A stretch of 62,395 bases of DNA from Candidatus Hydrothermota bacterium (GTDB taxonomy: Bacteria; Hydrothermota; Hydrothermia; B15-G9; DRBW01). The stretch is from positions 1 through 62,395 of the forward strand of contig JAGGUL010000038.1 in the NCBI GenBank assembly GCA_021158525.1, given 5' to 3'. The notes beneath the pieces are model-generated. The model made no database searches, was not told the origin of the DNA, and worked only from the letters and a program-made list of their open reading frames with translations. The stretch's first letter is position 1. Each line of letters opens with the position of its first letter. Shown in pieces: positions 51,558 through 62,250 of this stretch. The position numbers were made by a program, and so were the translations under genes.

Positions 51558-53462
51558 CTATAAAAGACCTTTTAGCCTCCTCACGAGCCATTCGGCCAGG
51601 AAGAGGGCGATTACGACGAAATAGGGGAGAGGGAGTTCCCTCAGAGGGATTTTCTCCCCCTTTCCCGCCTCCTCTTCCATGAAGTTAAGCAGCTCCTCGG
51701 CAGAGCCGAGCACCTTCCCACCCGTTCTCTCGGCGATGAGGGAGAGGGTGAGGGTATCGACCCCGAGGTCGAACTTCTCCAGGTCGCCCCTTTCCACCTT
51801 GAAAGTGACTTTCTTCTCCTTCAGGACTTTTTCGCCTTTTTTGAAAACGATCCTCTCCTCGGCCAGCCCGGTGTCGGGGAAAAAAGGAGCAGAGACAAAT
51901 TTGCCCGGCTCCTCCATCTTCAGGGGCAGCAGGCTATCTCCCATGTACATGTAAGCCTGCACGCCGAAATAGGGCTCACCCCTTTCGTCGAAAGCGTACG
52001 CCCTTATGGTGACGGGCTCCCCTTCATAGTACACGCCCTTTGCCGGAGCGGCGTAGAACTGCCCCTCGCCTCTCGTGATTATGGAGAGGATGGTGTCCAT
52101 GATCGAGCTGAAGAACTGGGGTGAGGCCAGCGATGTTTTCCAGAGACCGGTTGACGTCACGTAGGCGAGATGCCTTTTCTCATCCTCTATGGAAAAGAGG
52201 AGTGGGTAGACCCCCATGCCTCTGACTCCGGTGAGAACTATTCGGCTTTTGGCAAGGGGCGGAAGCTCTGCCACGACGACCTCCTCCAGAGGAGGTATTT
52301 CGGCGATGCCCTCCTCCTTCAACCCCCTTATGGGGAATTTGCCGTCCCTCACCCTGAGCGGGGAGGAGAAATTCAGGAAGGCGAAGGCTTCGGGGCTCCT
52401 CTTTCCGAGGAACAGGGCGGAGCGCGGCGGTAGCTTTCCGTTGAAAATCCTTGCGATGACCCTATCGGGATCCACAAAGATATAAAGATCGGCGCTTGGC
52501 TTGAGGGCTTTCTCTGTTTTCTCCGGTTTGCCGTCAAGATAAAGGAAGGTTGACTTCCCCGATTCCACCAGATAGAGGGTTTTCAGCCCCGCGATCCCCG
52601 AGAGGTACCCCCTGAGATGGCGAAGAAGAGGATGGGGCCTCGAGGCGACGACGGCCATTGTTCTCAGGCCCCCAGTGACGGTGATGGAGAAGTATCTCGT
52701 GTTGTTCTCGGTGTTTTCCTCATCGGCCTTCGGCACGAGATAGACCCTGTAACGGTGGATGCCTGTTCCCTCGGGTGATATCTCTATGGGTATTTCCCCC
52801 CTGCCATTGAACCTGATTTTCTTCTCCACGACGACCCTGTCTCCTTCGTATACGATCAATTTGCCGGCATATCTCGATCGCGGCGATGAGGTCAGCCTGA
52901 CTACGATGCGGGCATTTCCCCCTTCGTTGACCGTCTCATCTCCGCCGATCCCCGATATCGAGAAGTCGGGCGGGGCCTTTTCGGTCTCGGGCAGGAGGAC
53001 ATAAACCGGCTTTGAACGTCCTTCCAGGGCGCCGATGAGGTCCTCCTGGGAATTGTGTATGCCGTCAGAGAGGAGCAGGACGGTCCTGTCGGCAGTTTCC
53101 CTGAGAGCAGCGGCGATATCGGTGACTTTGCCGACGGGTTTTATCGTGTCGGTCATGGGCTTCACGGCATCCGAAAAGGTCAGGTAATCGAGCCTTTCGC
53201 CATAGAGTTCTTTTAATCTGTCAAGGGCGGCGAGGGCCCATTTAAATTTGCCCTCTTTGTCCATGCTCTCGGAGCTGTCGAGAAGCACGGCAGTTTTGAC
53301 CCGGAGCTTCGCCCTGTGGACGACGCTCACCCCGAAGAGCATGGATAAAAGGAGGGAGAGGCCGAGAAATCTGAGTATGAAGGGGAGGATTTCCCCCTTT
53401 CTCCTGTAGAGAAGGAGGGTGATCGCGAAAGAGATGAGAACCGCACCTATAATGCCCAGCAT
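51558..53462 (-). CDS. membrane-anchored vWA-domain protein (BatA-like N-terminus), function unknown
   Basis: Two N-terminal TM and one C-terminal TM. vWA MIDAS-like LLDSSESMD...TDIAAAL...LLLSDGIHN. 634 aa. No SD at ATG 53462. Confidence 0.7.
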   Translation of the reverse strand: MLGIIGAVLISFAITLLLYRRKGEILPFILRFLGLSLLLSMLFGVSVVHRAKLRVKTAVLLDSSESMDKEGKFKWALAALDRLKELYGERLDYLTFSDAVKPMTDTIKPVGKVTDIAAALRETADRTVLLLSDGIHNSQEDLIGALEGRSKPVYVLLPETEKAPPDFSISGIGGDETVNEGGNARIVVRLTSSPRSRYAGKLIVYEGDRVVVEKKIRFNGRGEIPIEISPEGTGIHRYRVYLVPKADEENTENNTRYFSITVTGGLRTMAVVASRPHPLLRHLRGYLSGIAGLKTLYLVESGKSTFLYLDGKPEKTEKALKPSADLYIFVDPDRVIARIFNGKLPPRSALFLGKRSPEAFAFLNFSSPLRVRDGKFPIRGLKEEGIAEIPPLEEVVVAELPPLAKSRIVLTGVRGMGVYPLLFSIEDEKRHLAYVTSTGLWKTSLASPQFFSSIMDTILSIITRGEGQFYAAPAKGVYYEGEPVTIRAYAFDERGEPYFGVQAYMYMGDSLLPLKMEEPGKFVSAPFFPDTGLAEERIVFKKGEKVLKEKKVTFKVERGDLEKFDLGVDTLTLSLIAERTGGKVLGSAEELLNFMEEEAGKGEKIPLRELPLPYFVVIALFLAEWLVRRLKGLL

Positions 53463-53677
53463 AGTCTTTTATGATAAATCCAGAACCCGCGAAACTAAAG
53501 GAGTTGATGAGCCTTTTGAGGATAAAACCTGGCAATCATGACTTTCAGAAAACTCTTCGCCCGGCAGGGGCTTTGATGGCGGGACAGCTGCTTCTCTCTC
53601 AGGCTTTCCAGCGAAAACCGATCACGTGGCTCACCGTGTCCCGGCAAGGGCAAACCGACATCCCATGGATGTGCAGG

Positions 53678-54445
53678 TCAGCGGGAGAGCTTGCCGACAG
53701 GCTGTAAATAAAGGGGATAAACGCCGGGGACATTCAGTATCTCGGAAACCTCGTCGTCGGCAAAGGCTCCCACTGCAACGGTGCCGAGGCCCAGTGCTGT
53801 AGCCATGAGATAGAGGTTCTGGCTTGTGTGTCCGGCCTCCATGAGGACATAGCGCCAGCCCCTCTCGCCGTATTTTGCTCTCGTCCTGTCGACGACGGCA
53901 GAAACGATGATGACAGCGGCGGCGTCGTAGACCCATCTCTGCCAGAGCGACGCTCTGTAGAGCCTGTCCCAGAGCTTTCCATCTTTCCTCAGGTACTCGA
54001 TGGAGTGGTCTGAGGGGGAATAATGATAGAGGCCCGGCTTCAGCCCCCTGACCCTCTTTACGGCGATGAAAAGTTCGATGGGATAAAGGGCTCCTGCCGA
54101 TGGCGAGGCTCTCAGCAGGAATTTCTTTCTCCTTTTCGTTACGCCCTGTCCGGCGAAGAGGAGGTTGGACAGCTCCCGGAGATCGAGGGAGTCGCGGCTG
54201 TAGCTCCTTCTGGACCTTCTCTCAAGAAGGGCCTCGAAAAGGGTCATCTCGACGTCGAAGGGGTCGGGAAGATCGATTTTTTCCGCTTTCTCAAATTTGA
54301 GAAAGGGCGGAGGAGACTCGGGCCTGTTTTTGAAGGCCTCTCCCCGCGGTCCCTCGAGGCTCTCTTTGGTTTTCTCATAGAAAATCTGGCCTATAGGCGT
54401 CGTGCCTACGAGCAAGAGGAGGAGAACAAAGGGCATGGAGATCAC
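53678..54445 (-). CDS. SagB/ThcOx-type nitroreductase-family dehydrogenase with N-terminal hydrophobic segment
   Basis: RRSRRSYS...LSNLLFAGQGVT...RASPSAGALYPIELF...GLYHYSP..H.L...WRYVLMEAGHTSQNLYLMATALGLG. Confidence 0.8.
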   Translation of the reverse strand: MISMPFVLLLLLVGTTPIGQIFYEKTKESLEGPRGEAFKNRPESPPPFLKFEKAEKIDLPDPFDVEMTLFEALLERRSRRSYSRDSLDLRELSNLLFAGQGVTKRRKKFLLRASPSAGALYPIELFIAVKRVRGLKPGLYHYSPSDHSIEYLRKDGKLWDRLYRASLWQRWVYDAAAVIIVSAVVDRTRAKYGERGWRYVLMEAGHTSQNLYLMATALGLGTVAVGAFADDEVSEILNVPGVYPLYLQPVGKLSR

Positions 54446-55578
54446 CTCCCGATGAATTCTCTAAGGCTCTCTGCAACGAAATGAACGTCTTCTTCCCTCA
54501 TTCCGGGGTAGAGGGGCAGGGTCAGTTCCCTCCTGCCCGCTTCTTCGGTGATGGGAAGCAGGCCTTCTCCCGTTCCCATTGTCTTCCGGAAAAGCGACAT
54601 GAGGTGTACGGGCCTGTAGTGATGGCTGGTCTGTATGCCCTTATCGTGCAGAAAGAGGGCCGCCTCTTCCCTCTCGATGCCACTGGGAAGAATTATGGGG
54701 AAAATGTAATTGGCGGAATTTTCGTAATCCTCAAAGGGGATCAGTACGGCATCTTTCAGCGCCTCCCTGTAAATTCTGACCAGCTCCCTTCGTTTCCTGT
54801 TGGCAGTTTCCAGTTTTTGGAGCTGAACCCTGCCGAGGGCGGCCTGCAGCTCGTTCATCCTGTAATTGAAGCCGAGCTCCACGACGTCGTAATCGGAAGT
54901 ACCTCCCCTTATCTTGTCCCAGGCGAGCCTTGTCATACCGTGGGAACGCAGGAGTTTTGCCTTTCTGTAAATTTCATCACTCCCCGTTATTATCATGCCT
55001 CCCTCGCCGACGGCGAGGTTTTTGTTGGAGAAAAAGCTGAAGGCGCCCAGAAGGCCGAAGGTTCCCGCGTGTTTGCCTTTCACACGGGAACCGTGGGCGT
55101 GGGATGCGTCCTCGATGAGGACGCATCCCACGCCCGAACAGAAATCCTTTAGTTCCTCAATTCCATCGGTAAAGCCAGCGAAATGGACGAATACCACGGC
55201 CTTCGTCCTCTCCGTCACGAGGGGCTCGACGGTCCGGCGCGATATGTTGAGGTTGTCGAGGGAATCTATGTCGGCAAAGACGGGCTTTGCGCCGATCCAG
55301 AGCAGAGGAGTGACCGTGGCTATAAAAGTGAAGGAGGGGACGATCACTTCATCGCCGGGCCCTATTCCTGCGAGAAGATAGGAAAGATGGAGGGCCGCCG
55401 TCCCGTTTGAGACGGCTATCGCATATCTGCTGTCCGTGAATTGGGCAAACTCCCTCTCAAAGGCCTCCGTTTCTGGACCCTGGGATATCCAGCGCGAACG
55501 CAGGACACGAAGGAGGGCTTCCTCTTCCTCTTTTCCGTAATTCAGGTCGAAAAGCGGGATCCTGAAGGCGCCTGCCAC
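54442..55578 (-). CDS. DegT/DnrJ/EryC1/StrS-family PLP-dependent aminotransferase
   Basis: [51 protein letters not shown] (PLP Lys context). Confidence 0.88.
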   Translation of the reverse strand: MAGAFRIPLFDLNYGKEEEEALLRVLRSRWISQGPETEAFEREFAQFTDSRYAIAVSNGTAALHLSYLLAGIGPGDEVIVPSFTFIATVTPLLWIGAKPVFADIDSLDNLNISRRTVEPLVTERTKAVVFVHFAGFTDGIEELKDFCSGVGCVLIEDASHAHGSRVKGKHAGTFGLLGAFSFFSNKNLAVGEGGMIITGSDEIYRKAKLLRSHGMTRLAWDKIRGGTSDYDVVELGFNYRMNELQAALGRVQLQKLETANRKRRELVRIYREALKDAVLIPFEDYENSANYIFPIILPSGIEREEAALFLHDKGIQTSHHYRPVHLMSLFRKTMGTGEGLLPITEEAGRRELTLPLYPGMREEDVHFVAESLREFIGR

Positions 55579-55579
55579 C

Positions 55580-57682
55580 TCAGTCTACCTTGGTGACCTT
55601 CTTAACTCCTCCCTCTAAGGCTTTTTTCCTGGAGAGCTTTATCTTGCCGGATTCGTCGATGTCTATTACCTTCACCAGGATCTTATCGCCGACTTTGACT
55701 ATGTCTTCCACCTTGTTCACCCTCTTGGGGGCGAGCTCAGAGATGTGGACGAGGCCGTCCTTGCCGGGGAGGATCTCCACGAAGGCTCCAAAGGGAGCGA
55801 TCTTGACCACTTTCCCCATGTAGACCTTTCCGAGCTCCACCTCCTGAACGAGTTCCTCGATCATCTTCTTTGCCTCTTCCACGGCCTCCCTCGTTTCACC
55901 CGATATGACCACTTTCCCGGAGGTGTCGTCTATGTCTATTTTTGTGCCGGTGACCTCCAGTATTTTCCTGATGACCCTCCCACCGGGGCCGATCACGTCG
56001 CCTATCTTCTCTCGGGGGATCCAGATGGCTCCAACCTTGGGCGCGTACTCGGAGAGCTCCTTTCTCGGTTCGCTTATTATGGTCTCCATGATGTCCAGGA
56101 TGTAGTGACGGGCCTTTTTGGCCCTCTCGAGGGTTCTGGCGACGACCTCAACGGGAAGTCCGTGGATCTTCAGGTCAAGCTGAATGGCCGTCACGCCCTG
56201 ACGTGTGCCGGCCACCTTGAAATCCATGTCGCCGAAATGATCCTCGGCCCCGATAATGTCGGTGAGCAGGATGTAATTCTCGCCGTCCTTCAGGAGGCCG
56301 ATGGAGATGCCGGCACAGGAAGTCCTGATGGGGACCCCGGCATCCATCAGAGAAAGAGAACCCCCGCAGACGGTTGCCATCGACGTGGAGCCGTTGGATT
56401 CCATTATATCCGACACGAGCCTTATCGTGTAGGGAAATTCCTCCTCCGGGGGAATCAGGGGCGCGAGCGCCTTCTCGGCGAGGGCTCCGTGGCCTATCTC
56501 CCTTCTGGAGGGCCCCCTGATGGGCTTTACCTCGCCTGTGGAGAAGGGATGAAAGTTATAGTGAAGCATAAAACGCTTCGATTCCTCAAGCTCGAGTTCT
56601 GACAGCCTCTGGACGTCCTCGGCGGTGCCCAGGGTAGTAACCACCAGTGCCTGGGTTTCGCCTCGGGTGAAAAGGGCCGAGCCGTGAGGCCTGGGCAAAA
56701 GGCCTATCTCGGCCGTTATCGGCCTTATGTCCTCGTAGCCCCTTCCGTCGACCCTCTTGCCGCTCTTTATGAGCTTGCGCATTTCGTCCTTCTCGATCTT
56801 CGAGAAGGCCTTTTCTATCTCGAGTTCCATCTCGGGGAACTGCTCGGCCAGCTCTTCTTTTATCTTCTCCCTGAGGTTGTCCAGGGCCTCGTTTCTGGTC
56901 TTTTTCTCTGGTATGTTGAGGGCCTCCCTGATGTTGTCCCTGGCCTTTTCTTCCACGGCCGCCATGACCTCATCGGGAATGACGAGCCTCCCTGGCTCTT
57001 TCTTTTCCTGGCCCACCTCGTTTCTGAGCATCTCCTGAAACTCGATCAGCTTGTTCAGCTCGGGCATTGCAAATTCGATAGCTTCTATTATCGATTTTTC
57101 CTCGATTTCCCTGCCGCCAAATTCTACCATCGAGACGAGGTCGTTGTGCCCGGCGAGAAGGAGGTCAAATTCGCTTTTTTCCATCTGTGAATTTGTGGGA
57201 TTTATGACGTACTGGCCGTCGACCTTGCCTATCCTGAGCGCTGCCACCGGGCCTTCGAAGGGGATGTTCGAGATGTGGAGAGCCGTAGAAGCTCCTATTA
57301 TCCCGAGGAAGTTGGCCTCATTTTCCATGTCGTAGGAGAGGAGATAAACGACGATCTGTATCTCGTCGGTCATGTCCTCGGGGAAAAGAGGCCTCAGAGC
57401 CCTATCTATCGCCCTTCCATAGAGAATTTCCCTCTCTCTCGGTTTGCCCTCTCTCTTGAAAAATCCTCCCGGTATTTTGCCGGCAGCATAGGCCTGTTCC
57501 CTGTACTCAACGAGCAGAGGCAGGAAATCCCTTTTCTCCGAAGAGGGTTTTGAGACTGCCGTCACCAGGAGGGCAGTATCGCCGTAACGGATGAAAACAG
57601 ACGCATCGGCCTGTTTTGCAAGTTTGCCTGTTTCGAGATAAAGGGTACGCCCCCCCACCTCCAGTTCTGCTATTTTTACCAT
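55580..57682 (-). CDS. pnp: polyribonucleotide nucleotidyltransferase (PNPase)
   Basis: Two RNase PH domains (RVDGR..., [11 protein letters not shown]), KH ([11 protein letters not shown]) and S1 ([27 protein letters not shown]). 700 aa. Confidence 0.95.
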   Translation of the reverse strand: MVKIAELEVGGRTLYLETGKLAKQADASVFIRYGDTALLVTAVSKPSSEKRDFLPLLVEYREQAYAAGKIPGGFFKREGKPREREILYGRAIDRALRPLFPEDMTDEIQIVVYLLSYDMENEANFLGIIGASTALHISNIPFEGPVAALRIGKVDGQYVINPTNSQMEKSEFDLLLAGHNDLVSMVEFGGREIEEKSIIEAIEFAMPELNKLIEFQEMLRNEVGQEKKEPGRLVIPDEVMAAVEEKARDNIREALNIPEKKTRNEALDNLREKIKEELAEQFPEMELEIEKAFSKIEKDEMRKLIKSGKRVDGRGYEDIRPITAEIGLLPRPHGSALFTRGETQALVVTTLGTAEDVQRLSELELEESKRFMLHYNFHPFSTGEVKPIRGPSRREIGHGALAEKALAPLIPPEEEFPYTIRLVSDIMESNGSTSMATVCGGSLSLMDAGVPIRTSCAGISIGLLKDGENYILLTDIIGAEDHFGDMDFKVAGTRQGVTAIQLDLKIHGLPVEVVARTLERAKKARHYILDIMETIISEPRKELSEYAPKVGAIWIPREKIGDVIGPGGRVIRKILEVTGTKIDIDDTSGKVVISGETREAVEEAKKMIEELVQEVELGKVYMGKVVKIAPFGAFVEILPGKDGLVHISELAPKRVNKVEDIVKVGDKILVKVIDIDESGKIKLSRKKALEGGVKKVTKVD

Positions 57683-57715
57683 CTTATTTTCCTCGGAAGG
57701 CTTCCCATAGAGGGT

Positions 57716-57985
57716 TTATCCCCTCAGCCCGAGTTTGGTAACGACTTCTCTGTACCTGCCGAAGTCCACCCGCCTCAGGTAATTCAAGAGCCTCCTTCTT
57801 TTTCCCACCATTTTAATCAGCCCATACCTAGAGTGCACATCCTTTTTATGGCGCTTCAGGTGCTCCGTCAGCTGCTTTATCCTCGCCGTGAGGATGGCAA
57901 TCTGGACCTCTGGTGAGCCCGAATCGCCTGGATGTCTCGCCCACTGTTCCATTATCTTCGCTTTTTCTTCCTTTGACAGTGACAT
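57716..57985 (-). CDS. rpsO: 30S ribosomal protein S15
   Basis: [54 protein letters not shown] 57985 (GGAGGTG 10 nt upstream) preferred over TTG 57991. Confidence 0.93.
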   Translation of the reverse strand: MSLSKEEKAKIMEQWARHPGDSGSPEVQIAILTARIKQLTEHLKRHKKDVHSRYGLIKMVGKRRRLLNYLRRVDFGRYREVVTKLGLRG

Positions 57986-58032
57986 TTCCAACTTTCACCT
58001 CCGCTTTGATTTCCTCGTTCAAACGTTGGCTT

Positions 58033-58062
58033 ATTATATCGTCAATTTCGGGGGTTTGTCAA
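58033..58062 (-). promoter_or_regulatory. candidate sigma70 promoter of rpsO-pnp
   Basis: Minus strand TTGACA-18 nt-TATAAT. Confidence 0.55.
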
Positions 58063-58146
58063 TTAAAGTTTTTCTCCTTTGGCGTCCCGATGGAGTTTTT
58101 TCGGCTCGAGTTTTCGTTTTGTCTGCTTTGATCCCTGACAAAACGG

Positions 58147-58174
58147 TTGATTGTTCCTTTCCTCTCTGTAAAAT
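58147..58174 (+). promoter_or_regulatory. candidate sigma70 promoter of the M1 peptidase gene
   Basis: TTGATT-16 nt-TAAAAT, 22 nt before ATG 58197 (SD AAAAGGAGGAAG). Confidence 0.5.
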
Positions 58175-58196
58175 TAGCCAAAAGGAGGAAGAACTT

Positions 58197-60173
58197 ATGA
58201 GAAGAGGGGTTATGTTTTTGCTCGGTGTTTTTCTTCTATCTTCAAAGGGCTTCGGGACTGTAACTCCCTTTCCGGAAAGGGACGTGCTGGAGAGATGGAA
58301 ACGCCTCACAGAGGTGAAGCTGGAGAGGCTCAGGCACCTGCCTCCCCCCGACACGCTTCATCAGTTTGACGTCATAGATTACGAGTTACACCTGACAGTA
58401 GATGTCGAGGGGGATTCCATCTGGGCCTCCAACCGGGTGATCTTCTGTAGTTTCTCCGACACCCTCTCTCATCTCAAGCTTCACCTCGCCGGGCTGACGG
58501 TGGACAGCGTCGTCAGCTCATCGGGACTCCTCGATTTCGACAGGCCTGATACGAACCTCATAATCGACCTCGGGGAAACTCTGCCCGAGGGAGATACGGA
58601 CACGGTTGTTATCTACTACCACGGAATTCCTGAGAGCGGAGGGGGAGTTTTCGGGGGCGGGCTCACCATAGGGGACGATTTAATCTATGCCGACAACGAA
58701 CCCTGTGGGGCAAAGAGATGGTTCCCATGTTACGACAATCCCGCGGACAAGGCTACCATGACCCAGGTCATCGCTGTTCCCGCGGGTTTTCGAGCGGTTG
58801 CCAACGGGCTTCCCGTTGATTCGGCTCTTGTCGGTGATTGGTGGGAATTTACGTGGAGGGAGAACTATCCGATAGCCACCTATCTCGTGGTGTTCGCCGC
58901 CTCCCCCGAATTTATAACCCTCGTCGATACCTTTGAGTACGAGGGCCATGTCATGCCGATTTTGACTTACGTCCCGTACAGTGATTCCCTTCTGGCCCTG
59001 GAGAAATTTGATCACCTGAACGACATGATCGCTTATTTTTCCGATACCTTTGGCCTTTATCCCTTTATCGAGGAGAAATACGGACATGTGGACGCGCCCA
59101 TCGGCGGGGCCATGGAGAACCAGACCAACACCTTTATAAATATGAACGCAGGCTGGGGCGACGATTGGGATTGGGTTGTGGCACACGAATTATCACATCA
59201 ATGGTGGGGCGATTGCGTGACTCTGGGGGACTGGAGGGATATCTGGCTCAACGAGGGCTTTGCAGTCTATTGTGAGGCCCTCTATATGGAGCACCGGGAC
59301 GGCGTGGAAGCTTACCACGAATACATGAATTACGTCATGTATTTTGCCATTATGTACGAGCCTTACCCTCCCTATGCTATCTACAATCCTGAAGATCTGT
59401 TTTCCTTCGGGGTGACCTACGAGAAAGGAGGCAGCGTTCACCACATGTTGAGACATGTGGTCGGCGATACGGCCTATTTCGAGATAATGAAGACCTATCT
59501 CGCAACGTATGCCTATAAAGATGCGGTTATACCCGATTTTATAGAGATCGCCGAGAACATATCGGGGATGGATCTTGGGTGGTTTTTCGACGAATGGATC
59601 TATGAACCGGGGCATCCTGAATATCAGTTTTACTGGAGCTGCGATTCCCTGGGGAACGATTCCTTTGTCGTCAACCTTCACGTCGATCAGGTTCAGCCGC
59701 ATTCTAACGGCGTCCCGACTTACAGGATGCCCATCGACATAGGGATTGTGAATGGAGGAGATACCCTTATTTACGTCGTCTGGGATAGCCTCGATTCTCA
59801 GGATTTCGAGTTCAGGCTGAGCTACAGGCCCGACGACCTCCTCTTCGATCCGGGAAACTGGATACTCAAAGAAGTTCAGGAGCTCGGTGCCGAAGAGGGA
59901 TCCCATGTCCCCCGCCCGATGGCCAGAATTCGGGTGAAATCGCCCTCAAGGCTGCCTCTTCTGATCACGCTGACAACTCCTTCGAGTGCGATTCTCTCCA
60001 TCTATGACGGCAGGGGTTCCCTCCTCTGGAAGAGATTTCTCAACGGGGGAGACGAGACCGTGATCTGGCGGGGCGAGAGCTTCTCCCGGAGAGCGGTCAG
60101 CTCTGGAGTCTATTTTATCGAAATTGAGGGCAGAGATTTCAAATTGAGGAGAAAATTGCTCATAGTGCGCTGA
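58197..60173 (+). CDS. secreted M1-family aminopeptidase with T9SS-type C-terminal sorting domain
   Basis: ORF 57888..60173 trimmed to ATG 58197 (MRRGVMFLLGVFLLSSKG signal). GAMEN-like GGAMEN, zinc site VAHELSHQWWGD...WLNEGFAVY. C-terminus SIYDGRGSLLW...SGVYFIEIEGRDFKLRRKLLIVR. Confidence 0.88.
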   Translation: MRRGVMFLLGVFLLSSKGFGTVTPFPERDVLERWKRLTEVKLERLRHLPPPDTLHQFDVIDYELHLTVDVEGDSIWASNRVIFCSFSDTLSHLKLHLAGLTVDSVVSSSGLLDFDRPDTNLIIDLGETLPEGDTDTVVIYYHGIPESGGGVFGGGLTIGDDLIYADNEPCGAKRWFPCYDNPADKATMTQVIAVPAGFRAVANGLPVDSALVGDWWEFTWRENYPIATYLVVFAASPEFITLVDTFEYEGHVMPILTYVPYSDSLLALEKFDHLNDMIAYFSDTFGLYPFIEEKYGHVDAPIGGAMENQTNTFINMNAGWGDDWDWVVAHELSHQWWGDCVTLGDWRDIWLNEGFAVYCEALYMEHRDGVEAYHEYMNYVMYFAIMYEPYPPYAIYNPEDLFSFGVTYEKGGSVHHMLRHVVGDTAYFEIMKTYLATYAYKDAVIPDFIEIAENISGMDLGWFFDEWIYEPGHPEYQFYWSCDSLGNDSFVVNLHVDQVQPHSNGVPTYRMPIDIGIVNGGDTLIYVVWDSLDSQDFEFRLSYRPDDLLFDPGNWILKEVQELGAEEGSHVPRPMARIRVKSPSRLPLLITLTTPSSAILSIYDGRGSLLWKRFLNGGDETVIWRGESFSRRAVSSGVYFIEIEGRDFKLRRKLLIVR

Positions 60174-60192
60174 GGGAGGGCTGTAGCGGAAT

Positions 60193-60591
60193 TTACTCGG
60201 GGATGTGCATGTAGGTGGCGCGTGCGGTTGCGATTAACTCGCCGCTTTCGTCCTTGATGGTACCCTCAGTGCGTATGAGGCGACCCCTGTTCTGGACGAC
60301 TTTTCCCTCTACGAGGAGTCTGCTTCCGATGAGTGCCGGCTTTTTGTACCTGACGGTCAGCTCCGCCGTCAGGGAGGGGATTTTCACCGTGTGGGCCGCG
60401 TAGACCATCACCTCATCGAGAAGTGTGGCTATTATGCCTCCGTGAAGGTATCCGTGATATCCCTCGAACTCTTTTCTGGGCACGAACTCAGCCCACGCCC
60501 TGCCTTCCCCGGTTTTCACGTCGAGCTTCAGGCCGATAGGGTTTTTCTTTCCACAGGCGAAACAGTAGTCGTCGGAGTAATTAAAGGGCAT
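60193..60591 (-). CDS. PaaI-type hotdog-fold thioesterase
   Basis: CFACGKKNPIGL N-terminus, HGYLHGGIIATLLDEVM, 132 aa. Confidence 0.85.
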   Translation of the reverse strand: MPFNYSDDYCFACGKKNPIGLKLDVKTGEGRAWAEFVPRKEFEGYHGYLHGGIIATLLDEVMVYAAHTVKIPSLTAELTVRYKKPALIGSRLLVEGKVVQNRGRLIRTEGTIKDESGELIATARATYMHIPE

Positions 60592-61184
60592 CAGTCATAA
60601 ACTTTACAGTTCTTTGGGGGCTTGAAAAGAAAGAGCTTGTCCCTCAGTTTCTTGTCGGCCTTCCGTTTGGAGAAGTGAAAGTCAAAGGTGTTCTTTTCTT
60701 TGTCATATATAACGACCCTTTCCGGAAGGGTGTCATCGAGAGAGACGGAGAGCTGGATTTTATCTATCAGTACCAGCGCCCCCTCGGGGTTTTTCGGCTT
60801 CAGGGTGAAAAGGGCTTCCGTTTCCGTCAGCGTGTCGAGTTCAGCCGTGCACTTCGTAGTGTCCATGAAAATGTATGAGGGGGAGACCTCTTTGACGAGG
60901 GTCGTCACGTCTCTTTTGTATGCCTCATTTTTCTTCTTAAAGTAGAGCCAGACCGTCTTTCCATCCGATATTATGAGCTGTTTGTCGGGCTGCTTCACCT
61001 CTAAACGGAGTTTATCGGGGTTTTTGAAATAGATCTTGCCGCGCCAGGTATCGCTGACCGCTCCGGTACTGTAAGTGATCAATTCGTAGAAATCGGCTTT
61101 GAAGGTTTTCAACGCCGAAAGCCTGTCGATTATGCCCTTCTGTGGAGACAATGCTATCAAGGCTAACAAAAGGGGGATGTTCAT
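60591..61184 (-). CDS. LolA-like outer-membrane lipoprotein carrier / sorting protein
   Basis: Signal peptide. [12 protein letters not shown]...[33 protein letters not shown] pattern of the LolA fold. Confidence 0.75.
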   Translation of the reverse strand: MNIPLLLALIALSPQKGIIDRLSALKTFKADFYELITYSTGAVSDTWRGKIYFKNPDKLRLEVKQPDKQLIISDGKTVWLYFKKKNEAYKRDVTTLVKEVSPSYIFMDTTKCTAELDTLTETEALFTLKPKNPEGALVLIDKIQLSVSLDDTLPERVVIYDKEKNTFDFHFSKRKADKKLRDKLFLFKPPKNCKVYD

Positions 61185-62053
61185 TTTAACACCTCCTTTA
61201 CCAGTTTTGCCACTTCCTCGGGTTCGGAGGCGACCTTAACCCCCGCTTCGTTGAAAGCTCTTATTTTCTCCTCGGCTGTTCCGGAGCTGCCCGATATGAT
61301 AGCTCCGGCGTGGCCCATCCTCTTCTCCCGCGGGGCTGTTCTCCCGGCTATGAAGCCCACCACGGGCTTGTTGAACTTATCTTTTATGTACTTCGCCGCA
61401 TCCTGTTCGTCGGTGCCCCCGATCTCGCCGATGAGCACCACGGCCTCGGTCTGAGGATCATCCTTGAAGAGTTCCAGGGCGTCGATAAACCTGGTGCCTA
61501 TTATGGGATCACCGCCGATGCCTATCACCGTAGACTGACCTATGTCGGCGACAGTGAGATGGCTTACTATCTCATAGGTGAGGGTTCCGCTCCTTGAGAT
61601 AACTCCCACATTTCCCTTCTTAAAGATCTGACCGGGCATTATGCCTATTTTGGCCTCGCCCGGAGTGATGATTCCGGGGCAATTGGGCCCGATGAGCCTC
61701 GTGCCCTTTTCCTTGAGGAATTCCATCACTCTGATCATGTCCTGAACGGGAATCCCCTCGGTTATGGCCACTATGAGTTCTATACCAGCGGAGGCAGCTT
61801 CCATTATCGCGTCTGCGGCGAACGCCGAGGGCACGAAGATGACCGAGGCGTTCGCCGAGGTCTTTTCGACCGCTTCCCTCATCGTGTCGAAGACGGGCAG
61901 CCCGTGGACTTCATTTCCTCCCTTTCCGGGAGTTACTCCGCCCACCACCTTTGTGCCGTACTCCAGCATCAGTTTAGCGTGAAAAGAGCCATCTCTTCCC
62001 GTTATTCCCTGGACGAGAACCCTTGTATCCCTGTTCAACAAAATCGCCATCAA
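61181..62053 (-). CDS. sucD: succinate--CoA ligase subunit alpha
   Basis: [38 protein letters not shown], catalytic His in [10 protein letters not shown]. Confidence 0.93.
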   Translation of the reverse strand: MMAILLNRDTRVLVQGITGRDGSFHAKLMLEYGTKVVGGVTPGKGGNEVHGLPVFDTMREAVEKTSANASVIFVPSAFAADAIMEAASAGIELIVAITEGIPVQDMIRVMEFLKEKGTRLIGPNCPGIITPGEAKIGIMPGQIFKKGNVGVISRSGTLTYEIVSHLTVADIGQSTVIGIGGDPIIGTRFIDALELFKDDPQTEAVVLIGEIGGTDEQDAAKYIKDKFNKPVVGFIAGRTAPREKRMGHAGAIISGSSGTAEEKIRAFNEAGVKVASEPEEVAKLVKEVLK

Positions 62054-62096
62054 ATTCCTCCTCTTTCTCTTAAACTTTCAAACCCGGCGTTTCTCA

Positions 62097-62125
62097 ATTT
62101 TAAGAAAGCCGTGGCATTTAGTCAA
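62097..62125 (-). promoter_or_regulatory. candidate sigma70 promoter directly upstream of sucD
   Basis: Minus strand TTGACT-17 nt-TAAAAT, about 40 nt before the SD (AGAGGAGGAA) and ATG 62053. Confidence 0.5.
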
Positions 62126-62250
62126 CTTCCCGCTTTTCCTCAAAAATAATCTTACCGAAAGGGGTATTGTTTCCTCAAAATACCCAAACAACATTCATGG
62201 GAAGCTCCTTATGCCTTACCATTAGTCAAAACTTAAAGGAGGAACTCCCC

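Noticed and set aside
53463-53677. SRP (4.5S) RNA candidate because of a GGAA tetraloop and GAAGCAGC
   Set aside because: The spacing between the tetraloop and AGCAGC is about 10 nt too long, and the 5' side lacks the conserved AGGUCAGGUCC-type sequence, so the domain IV motif cannot be formed.
57888-58196. Upstream extension of the M1 peptidase ORF to 57888
   Set aside because: It overlaps rpsO and its promoter antisense. ATG 58197 has a strong SD and a signal peptide.
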